This document shows, in pieces, positions 31,581-38,927 of a stretch of DNA of 61,344 bases. Under the pieces are notes generated by a model. That model was not told where the DNA came from and ran no database searches. It worked only from the letters and a program-made list of their open reading frames with translations. This DNA comes from Spirochaetota bacterium. Lineage in GTDB: Bacteria > Spirochaetota > GWE2-31-10. The translations under genes and the position numbers were made by a program. The stretch spans positions 1 to 61,344 of the forward strand of contig JBGUUT010000100.1 of NCBI GenBank assembly GCA_045133795.1, read 5' to 3'. The stretch's first letter is position 1; the number at the start of each line of letters is the position of its first letter.

Positions 31581-32582
31581 GTGAAAAGAATTAAATTTAA
31601 ATTAATAAGAATAATCATTGGTATTTTTATTGTTGCGGTATTTTCTGTTCTTGTTTTTGGTGGATTGTACGGACTTAATAGTGCAAATTATTATGACAAA
31701 CTTACCATGGAAGAGGCATTAGGAAATCAAGAAACATTGGAAAAGTTTGGTTGTCTTAATAAAACAACTCCGGCAGCGTATGGTTTTGAAAACTATGAAG
31801 ACATAAAGTTTATTTCACCGCTAAATAAAAAGATAATACTTTCGGGTTGGTATATTCGTACCGGAAAAGCTGAATCGAAAGAGGGACGAAAGCTTCTTTT
31901 GATTACGGAGGGGCGTTGGGTAAATCGCTTAAAAGCTATTAAATATCTTGAGCTTATCAAGAATACAGGTCTTGATGAATTGTATGATATTTATATAGGA
32001 GATATGCGTAATGCCGGAGATTCCAGTGAAGGGAATACCGGAATTGGTTACAATATAGCAGAAGATATTGCTGCATCTTTAATTTATTTAAATCAATCAT
32101 ATAAAAATAACTCTTTTGTAGTTTGGGGATTTTCTCAATCCGGTATGGCAGCGGCGATACTTTCTGATAGAAAAGACTTGCAGAATAAATTAGCGACAAA
32201 CGGCGTAGTAATAGAAAAGACGATTTTAGACAGCCCTATATCTAACACTCTGAAGATGTTAAAAAAAGAAGCTGAAGTAAAACATATTCCTCAGATTTTT
32301 ATCTATATGACATATTGTTTTATGAATTTCGATTATGACTTTTATGCTACCAGAATGCGTTTGGGAAAGATTTTGGAAGCAGTGCCTTATCCTTTCTTAA
32401 TTTTACAATCAAAACAAGACCAATTAACTTTATATTCATTTTTTGAGGAAGAGAGTAAGAAGTTTTCACCAGAAATTAGCGTGAAATTGTTTGATTCCGG
32501 AGCTCACGTTTCAAGTTATTTAGTATCGGAAAACAAACAGGCTTACGAAGAAAAAGTAAGGGATTTCTTAATTGATAAATAG
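31581..32582 (+). CDS. Membrane-anchored alpha/beta hydrolase
   Basis: N-terminal TM, LSGWY, D.RNAGDS, nucleophile elbow GFSQSG, C-terminal GAH. Confidence 0.75.
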   Translation: MKRIKFKLIRIIIGIFIVAVFSVLVFGGLYGLNSANYYDKLTMEEALGNQETLEKFGCLNKTTPAAYGFENYEDIKFISPLNKKIILSGWYIRTGKAESKEGRKLLLITEGRWVNRLKAIKYLELIKNTGLDELYDIYIGDMRNAGDSSEGNTGIGYNIAEDIAASLIYLNQSYKNNSFVVWGFSQSGMAAAILSDRKDLQNKLATNGVVIEKTILDSPISNTLKMLKKEAEVKHIPQIFIYMTYCFMNFDYDFYATRMRLGKILEAVPYPFLILQSKQDQLTLYSFFEEESKKFSPEISVKLFDSGAHVSSYLVSENKQAYEEKVRDFLIDK

Positions 32583-32764
32583 TTTATTTATTAAATTACA
32601 GTGTATCTAAAAAGATAAAGATTAAAGTTTATAATTAAGTTATTGACAGCGATAAGGTGTTATTATTGCAGATACACTGTAATTTTGTTAAATATCATTA
32701 AAAATGTGTTTTACGATGTTTTGTCAAAATTGTGGCAGTAAAAAAATATTTTGGAGAAATTGCA

Positions 32765-34651
32765 ATGTCATTAATAAAATTTCAAAATGTAAGCTTTTCT
32801 TTTGGTGCGGATGTTATTTTGGATGATGTAGATTTTCAAATTAATCCCGGTGAAAAAGTCGGAATTGTCGGAAATAACGGAGCCGGAAAAACGACTTTGT
32901 TTCGTATGATTACAGGTGAACTTTTTTCTAATTCCGGTGAAGTTGTCATGGGAAAAGATGCGGTAATCGGTTATATGGAACAACATCCGCTGACAAATTG
33001 TACTGAAACTTTATTTAATGAAATGGATAAAGCATTTACCGAAATACATTCCATACGTCATGAAATGGAACGTATTGAAGAAGAAATGGGAAAGGAAAAT
33101 GCTGATTTAGAAAAATTGACGGCATATTACGGCAACTTACAAGAAACTTTTGAAAAGAAAGGCGGTTATCAACTTGAATATAAGATTTCTCGTATATTAC
33201 TCGGAATAGGTTTTAAAAAAAGTGATTATAATCGAAATATTGCAGAGTTTTCCGGCGGAGAGAAAAATCGTGTTCATTTAGCAAAATTACTTTTAAGTGA
33301 ACCTGATATTTTACTTTTGGATGAACCGACAAATCATCTGGATATTGACGGAATAAATTGGCTTGAAGGTTTTTTGTCTCAATGGGAAAAAACAATTGTG
33401 ATTATCAGTCATGACCGGTATTTCTTAGACAAAGTGACAAATCGAACATTGGAACTTGAGAATCATGAAATAAAAAGCTACCGAGGCAATTATTCTGCTT
33501 ATATTCGTCAAAAGACAGAACAGATTGCTTTGCAGGAAAAAATGTATACTTTGCAAAAGGCTGACATTGAAAAGAAACAGGAATTTATCAGACGAAATAT
33601 AGCCGGACAAAAAACTAAACAGGCTAAAAGTCGTATTATAGAATTAGAGAAGATGAAGAAAATCGCACCGCCGGCACATAGAGTCCATTATCAGCTTTCT
33701 TTTTCTGATGGGCAACGAGGCGGAAATGATGTTTTGCATATTGAAGATTTAAATAAAAGTTTTGATGACAGAAAAATAATATCATCATTGAATTATCTAG
33801 TACGTAAAGGTGATAAAGTCGGAATTATAGGGGCAAACGGAAGCGGAAAGACGACACTTTTAAAAATGATAATCGGTAAATTGTCGCAAGACAGCGGAAA
33901 TATTACACTGGGAAGCCATATAGATGTGGGGTATTTTTCGCAGAATTTAGAAAATCAAAATCCGGAAAATACGATTGTTGAAGAAGTTTGGCAGGCAGAC
34001 CCTAAAAAAACAATGCAGGAAATGCGAAGCTTTTTGGCTCAATTTTTGTTTTATGATGAAGATGTGTTTGCTCTTATAAAAAATCTTTCCGGAGGTGAAA
34101 GAAGCAGAGTTGAATTGGCAAAGTTGATTTTGTCCGGAATTAACTTTTTGATATTGGATGAGCCGACAAATCATCTTGATATTTTTGCAAAGATGGCGTT
34201 GGAAGAGTCTTTGTCTGCATTTACGGGAACAATTTTAGTTGTAAGTCATGACCGTTATTTTTTGGATAAAATAACTAATCGAATAATTTATTTAGAAAAC
34301 GGAAGTCATTTAACATACGAGGGAAATTATTCAGAATTTTGGGTGAATAATAAACAAAAGGAAGAGAACGGTGTTAATAAAACAACAACAGATAACGGCG
34401 GAAAACAGAAATATCAGGAACAAAAAAAGGAAAATAGAAAGAAAGAACGTTCTAACAGAAAACGCAATCCACAGATAATAGAAAGTGAAATTGAAAATAC
34501 GGAAAAACGTATTGCAGAATTGGATGAACTTTTGCAACAGGAAGATGTTTTTTCAAACTTTGAGAAAACACAACAAATAGATGTGGAATACAAAGAACTT
34601 TCGGCTAAACTTGAAAAACTTTATGAAGAGTGGGAAGAGTCCGGCAAATAA
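32765..34651 (+). CDS. ABC-F family ATPase
   Basis: Two ABC cassettes (GNNGAGKTT and GANGSGKTT; SGGE; LDEPTNHLD), no TM, C-terminal coiled coil. Start moved to the ATG after GGAG. Confidence 0.95.
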   Translation: MSLIKFQNVSFSFGADVILDDVDFQINPGEKVGIVGNNGAGKTTLFRMITGELFSNSGEVVMGKDAVIGYMEQHPLTNCTETLFNEMDKAFTEIHSIRHEMERIEEEMGKENADLEKLTAYYGNLQETFEKKGGYQLEYKISRILLGIGFKKSDYNRNIAEFSGGEKNRVHLAKLLLSEPDILLLDEPTNHLDIDGINWLEGFLSQWEKTIVIISHDRYFLDKVTNRTLELENHEIKSYRGNYSAYIRQKTEQIALQEKMYTLQKADIEKKQEFIRRNIAGQKTKQAKSRIIELEKMKKIAPPAHRVHYQLSFSDGQRGGNDVLHIEDLNKSFDDRKIISSLNYLVRKGDKVGIIGANGSGKTTLLKMIIGKLSQDSGNITLGSHIDVGYFSQNLENQNPENTIVEEVWQADPKKTMQEMRSFLAQFLFYDEDVFALIKNLSGGERSRVELAKLILSGINFLILDEPTNHLDIFAKMALEESLSAFTGTILVVSHDRYFLDKITNRIIYLENGSHLTYEGNYSEFWVNNKQKEENGVNKTTTDNGGKQKYQEQKKENRKKERSNRKRNPQIIESEIENTEKRIAELDELLQQEDVFSNFEKTQQIDVEYKELSAKLEKLYEEWEESGK

Positions 34652-34728
34652 ATAAAATGAAAAGGTTAAACTTTAGGCAAAGTTTTTCAAACTATTTTGG
34701 TTTGGGAGGTTCTGCGGAACAAGTCCGT

Positions 34729-34870
34729 CCCTTAACCCCAAAGAGAAAAAAACATACTCCTTGCGGTAATTCTTTCTCACTTTTTCACATCTAAGAAAAG
34801 TCGTTAGACATTTCGAATCCGCGGTGAGTTTGCAACGCAAACGAACGAAGTCTTTCCGTTTCGGAAAGAC
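34729..34870. repeat. Second copy of the dispersed repeat (part A at 34729-34778) plus an inverted structured unit (34822-34870)
   Basis: Close match to 404-453; the reverse complement of 34822-34870 reads hairpin-TTCGTTCG-hairpin-CTCACCG. Confidence 0.8.
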
Positions 34871-35022
34871 TGAAGGCAATTTTCTATCCTTTGAAAACGA
34901 TTTAAGCCAAAGGAAATAAAAAAAATGTAAAACAGCTCAATCCGTGTAAGCAAAAATACACCTCAAGTACATTAAAGATAAGTAGAGATTTTTTTCTCTA
35001 ATTTATTATTTAAGGAAAAATT

Positions 35023-35925
35023 ATGTACAGAATCAAAACATGGGAAGAACTTACAATCACTGATGATTTTATGTTTTGCAAAGTTATGTCCGATCCGGCT
35101 CTGTGCAAGGAACTTTTGGAAATTTTATTGCACATCGAAATTGAGCGTTTGGAGTTTCAGGAGCCGCAAAAAAGTTTCAAACTCACACCAGAATCAAGAG
35201 GTATTCGTCTTGATGTCTATGTCAAAGACAGTAACCGCATTTTTGACATTGAATTACAAACTACAAACAAGAAGAATTTGGAACTAAGAATTCGTTACTA
35301 TCAAGGCGTAATGGATATCGACGAACTGGAAAAAGGCGAGCTATTTTCGAACATGAAAGAAAGTTATATCATTTTTATTTGCATGTTTGATCCGTTTGGT
35401 GCAGATATGCCGATTTACACGGTAAAACAGACCTTTGCAGAAAATGAAAATCTTATTTTTGATGATAAAACTCATAAGATATTCTATAATGTTAATGCGT
35501 TTGAAAAGCTTTCAAATGATGTTGAAACTAAGGCTCTTTTGGAATACCTTTGTAACCATCAATCGACCAGTAAATTTACACAGTCGCTGGAACATGCCGT
35601 TTACAAAAACAAAGGTAATCAACTCTGGAGGAAAGATTATATGACTTTAGCTTATGATTTATCATTAGCAGCACGAGAAATGGCAGAAGAAATGGCACGA
35701 GAAATAGCACAAGAAATGGCAGAAGAAATTGTAGAAAATGTTACAGCTGAAGCTCGCAATGAAGGCATTGCAATCGGTGAAGAACGTGGCATTTCATTGG
35801 GAATTACGCAAGGTGCTTATCAAAAAGCCGTTGAAACTGCAAAGAATATGCGATTTAGAAACATTCCTATCGATGTAATTGTTGAATGTACCGGCTTGTC
35901 GGTAGAAGAAATAGAAAAGCTGTAG
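35023..35925 (+). CDS. Rpn family (PD-(D/E)XK nuclease / putative transposase) protein
   Basis: TDDFMFCKVM, RGIRLDVYV, DIELQ, RIRYYQ, YIIFICMFDPF; C-terminal EG...G repeats and TGLSVEEIEKL. Confidence 0.92.
   Translation: MYRIKTWEELTITDDFMFCKVMSDPALCKELLEILLHIEIERLEFQEPQKSFKLTPESRGIRLDVYVKDSNRIFDIELQTTNKKNLELRIRYYQGVMDIDELEKGELFSNMKESYIIFICMFDPFGADMPIYTVKQTFAENENLIFDDKTHKIFYNVNAFEKLSNDVETKALLEYLCNHQSTSKFTQSLEHAVYKNKGNQLWRKDYMTLAYDLSLAAREMAEEMAREIAQEMAEEIVENVTAEARNEGIAIGEERGISLGITQGAYQKAVETAKNMRFRNIPIDVIVECTGLSVEEIEKL
35641..35925 (+). CDS. Putative in-frame small Rpn C-terminal protein (RpnS-like intragenic antitoxin), 94 aa
   Basis: GGAGG at 35627-35631, 9 nt upstream of in-frame ATG 35641 (MTLAYDLS...). 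Confidence 0.6.
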   Translation: MTLAYDLSLAAREMAEEMAREIAQEMAEEIVENVTAEARNEGIAIGEERGISLGITQGAYQKAVETAKNMRFRNIPIDVIVECTGLSVEEIEKL

Positions 35926-35944
35926 TTTAATCGTCTTTATATAC

Positions 35945-35994
35945 AAAGGCTTTCTTTGTGAAGTTTTGATGTTTCATAGAAGACAGCCTTTTTT
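35945..35994 (+). terminator. Probable terminator after the Rpn gene
   Basis: Imperfect stem AAAGGCT...AGCCTTT plus T-run. Confidence 0.65.
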
Positions 35995-36090
35995 ATTTTA
36001 TTATAAGCACTGTAATATTTTTGCATACCCGGTCACTTTTGGTCACTGTTTGTATCCTGTAAAGATAGAGGAAATAGAGAAGCTATAAGC

Positions 36091-36120
36091 AAAAAGAGCG
36101 GAGAAGTCCGCTCTTTTTTT
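36091..36120. terminator. Bidirectional-type intrinsic terminator
   Basis: AAAAAGAGCGGA-GAAG-TCCGCTCTTTTTTT. Confidence 0.85.
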
Positions 36121-36214
36121 GTTTGCAAATTGTGTTTTTCTCTTTAGCTAAAACATATCGTTCGTAAGTCTGTCGAAGCAATCTTACCGTTTATTAAAAA
36201 ATCATCAGAATCTA

Positions 36215-36243
36215 TTGACCAATCTAATAATTTTTTTTATTCT
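36215..36243 (+). promoter_or_regulatory. sigma70-type promoter of the candidate ncRNA
   Basis: TTGACC-17 nt-TATTCT, ending ~7 nt before the structured block. Confidence 0.65.
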
Positions 36244-36249
36244 TTACTA

Positions 36250-36494
36250 TGAGTCTGGGCAGTGATAGGTTTGGACGGGGAGTAGCCACTATCGGTGGTC
36301 TTGTTTTCTTCAGGACCATTGTCTCACACTCAGCTTACCGAAAAGGTCAATATTAGTACAGTCGAAAAAGCCCCTAATTTTTTAAGCAACTGAAGATTGT
36401 ACTTCAAATTATTCTTAATAAATAACGGAAGGTAATCTTCCGGGATTTACAGATTTAAAATCTTTGCTATAGCTTATTTTATTCCTCTTTTTTT
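36250..36494 (+). ncRNA. Candidate structured non-coding RNA, family unassigned
   Basis: Several nested stems with G-U pairs in the + orientation, upstream promoter, no ORF in the track, ends in a T-run. Confidence 0.55.
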
Positions 36495-36634
36495 ATTATC
36501 GGATATCATTTTTCTTTCGAATATTTTGTATTTGGTTTCTTGTATCGGCAAAAAAGTTATAAGAAAGCTCATTGTTCAATGAAATGCGTTATGTCTGGTT
36601 TTGTATTTTTATGTTTTATGATATATTGTGTTTC

Positions 36635-37351
36635 ATGAATGTTATTGTGTTAGCTGCCGGCAGTGGTAAAAGGTTGGGAGGTGAGCTTCCTAAACAATAT
36701 TTATTATTAAATGTAAAACCTGTTTTATATTATAGTTTAAAAGTATTTGAAAAAAGTCCGTTGGTAGAATCTATCAGTGTTGTGATTTCGCAAGAAGCTC
36801 AATATTTATATGATGAATTTTTGTCGTATTACGGTGCAGAATTTTCAAAGCTTACATCTCCGTTTTTTGGGGGTAAAGAGCGGTGTGATTCTGTATTTAA
36901 TGCAATGTCTGAAATTGCAAAGAAAATGATTCCGAATGATAATCTTATTGCTATTCATGATAGTGCCAGACCGATTTTGTCTGAAGATTTACTTGTAGAA
37001 TTGTATAAAACAGCTCAGGAGTTCGGAGGTGCGGTTCCGGCATTGCCTTTGACAGATACGGTAAAAGAAATTGATGAAAATGGTTTTATTGTAGCTAATC
37101 CGGTTCGTGAAAGGTTGCAAGCTGTTCAAACTCCGCAAATTTTTGATTTTAAAGAATATTGGCGTGCTATTCAAATTTGTAAAAAAGAAAATATTCCGGT
37201 AACTGATGATTCAGAAACTTATTCGCGTTTCGCTGCATACGGACGAGTTAAATTAATACCCGGAGATTTACGCTTATTTAAGATTACTTATAAAGATGAT
37301 ATTGAACGTGCTGAAAAAATAATCAATGAGAGGAACGAATGGAAATTTTAG
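36635..37351 (+). CDS. ispD: 2-C-methyl-D-erythritol 4-phosphate cytidylyltransferase
   Basis: LAAGSGKR..PKQY, IHDSARP, VQTPQ, KITY..D. Start moved to ATG 36635. Confidence 0.95.
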   Translation: MNVIVLAAGSGKRLGGELPKQYLLLNVKPVLYYSLKVFEKSPLVESISVVISQEAQYLYDEFLSYYGAEFSKLTSPFFGGKERCDSVFNAMSEIAKKMIPNDNLIAIHDSARPILSEDLLVELYKTAQEFGGAVPALPLTDTVKEIDENGFIVANPVRERLQAVQTPQIFDFKEYWRAIQICKKENIPVTDDSETYSRFAAYGRVKLIPGDLRLFKITYKDDIERAEKIINERNEWKF

Positions 37352-37818
37352 TAGGGAATGGATATGACTTACATCGCCTTGTAAGTAAAAGAGATTTTAT
37401 TCTCGGTGGAATAAAGGTTGAATATAATAAAGGTTTTTTAGCCCATTCCGATGGGGACGTGTTATTTCATGCTCTTATAGACAGTTTACTCGGAGCTTTG
37501 GCATTAGGGGATATCGGGGGGCATTTTCCTGATAAATCAGCTGAATATAAAGATATAGATTCTGCTGTTTTATTGAAAAAGACTTTGGAGCTTGTAATTC
37601 AAAATAATGCACGAATTGGCAATATTGATATAAATGTAATTTGTCAGGCTCCTAAGCTTGCTCCGTATATTTTGGCGATACGTGAAAATATATCTAAATT
37701 GACCGGAGTTGCTTTGAATCGAGTTTCAGTAAAGGCTAAGACAAAGGAAAAAGTAGATGCAGTAGGAAAGGGAAAAGCTGTAGAAGTTTTTTGCAGTGTT
37801 TTATTATATAAAGACTAA
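37339..37818 (+). CDS. ispF: 2-C-methyl-D-erythritol 2,4-cyclodiphosphate synthase
   Basis: GYDLHRL, AHSDGDV, GDIG.HFPD, VSVKAKT. Confidence 0.96.
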   Translation: MEILVGNGYDLHRLVSKRDFILGGIKVEYNKGFLAHSDGDVLFHALIDSLLGALALGDIGGHFPDKSAEYKDIDSAVLLKKTLELVIQNNARIGNIDINVICQAPKLAPYILAIRENISKLTGVALNRVSVKAKTKEKVDAVGKGKAVEVFCSVLLYKD

Positions 37819-37834
37819 AAGTGTTGAGGAAATT

Positions 37835-38926
37835 ATGAGTAAAAAACATTTATTGTTTATTTTTGTTTTAATATCGATGGTTTCTGTTTTGTTTGCAGAT
37901 GAAAATCTTGATAAACAGTTAGAAAACGGAGTTTTCAATATAAAGGACTGGAATTTGGCATTTATAAGAGAGTCTAATCCATCGTTAATGCTTGCCAGAT
38001 TATATCAGAGTTATAACAGAGTTTTTGTAAAGAAGCACGGACGTAATAAAGATTTGGAGCAATTTATAAAGGAAAAAATGCCGTTGGAATCACAAAAAGC
38101 TTTGTGGGAAAATCTTTTATGGCAGAATAATTTTAACGAGTATCTTTCTGAATGTATTGCAAATGAAATTACTTCGGAAGAATATGACAATGCTCATTAT
38201 TTGGCAGATTTGGACTTTATTCTTAATCCTGCAAATGCGGAAAATCCGGAAAAGATTCTTGAGTATGCTGACAGAGCAATGAAATATAAAGATAATTTTC
38301 GTTTTACCGGAGTTGTGCATAATGCAGCAAAAAGAGCAAAAATAGAATATCGTGTAATAGAAACTGATTATTTTGACTACTTGTTAAAGAAAGATGTCAA
38401 TATGATTGATGATATAAAATTTAAAGCTCGTTGGGTTGTAAATAATGACGGTACAGTTTTTAATAAGATGGATTTACGTGTTAAAGAACGCTTGAAACGT
38501 CTTCTTTTTCGTACTGTAAATAAAACACTGTTTGCAAATCCGTCTTTAGAGCCATTGAATGTTCCGGTCTTTCCCGGAGCTGCCGGTTATATAACCATGT
38601 TTTTTAATACGGATTGTCAGTTTTGTAAAAATGAAATTGAGTATTTATCCAAAAAGCGTTTTGCTCAGAAAAAACAGATTTTACTTGTGAATACTTTATA
38701 TAAAGATTTTCAGAAGAGCAAAGATGATACAAGGAAGTTAATTGAAGAATATTCAGTCGAATTTCCGACTTTTATAGATAAAGATAATTCTATTGCCGAA
38801 AAGCTTGGTTTTTCCGGATTACCAGTATTTTTATATGTTCCTCCGCAAGGCAATGATGCAATTTTGTTTGAGGTAAAAATTCCGGGAAATATAATAGAAA
38901 AACTAAATTGGCTTGCAGGAGAATAA
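37835..38926 (+). CDS. Secreted protein with a C-terminal TlpA/thioredoxin-like domain
   Basis: Signal peptide; FFNTDCQFCKNE (CxxC) and G..GLP cis-Pro motif. Start moved to the ATG after GAGGA. Confidence 0.75.
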   Translation: MSKKHLLFIFVLISMVSVLFADENLDKQLENGVFNIKDWNLAFIRESNPSLMLARLYQSYNRVFVKKHGRNKDLEQFIKEKMPLESQKALWENLLWQNNFNEYLSECIANEITSEEYDNAHYLADLDFILNPANAENPEKILEYADRAMKYKDNFRFTGVVHNAAKRAKIEYRVIETDYFDYLLKKDVNMIDDIKFKARWVVNNDGTVFNKMDLRVKERLKRLLFRTVNKTLFANPSLEPLNVPVFPGAAGYITMFFNTDCQFCKNEIEYLSKKRFAQKKQILLVNTLYKDFQKSKDDTRKLIEEYSVEFPTFIDKDNSIAEKLGFSGLPVFLYVPPQGNDAILFEVKIPGNIIEKLNWLAGE

Positions 38927-38927
38927 T

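Noticed and set aside
34673-34879. 68-aa minus-strand ORF upstream of Rpn
   Set aside because: Coincides with the repeat element and has no SD or protein motifs.
35023-35925. Rpn as an IS transposase
   Set aside because: No terminal inverted repeats or target duplication seen; the family is not established as a true transposase.
36250-36494. tmRNA, SRP RNA, yybP-ykoY, ZTP or cobalamin riboswitch identity for the structured RNA
   Set aside because: Only fragments match (GGTTTGGACGGGG, GGGGAGTAGCC, GTCTGGGC, GCAACTG, CGGAAGG). The tmRNA T-arm/CCA and tag frame, the SRP CAGG/AGCAG loop and the riboswitch cores in correct order are missing.
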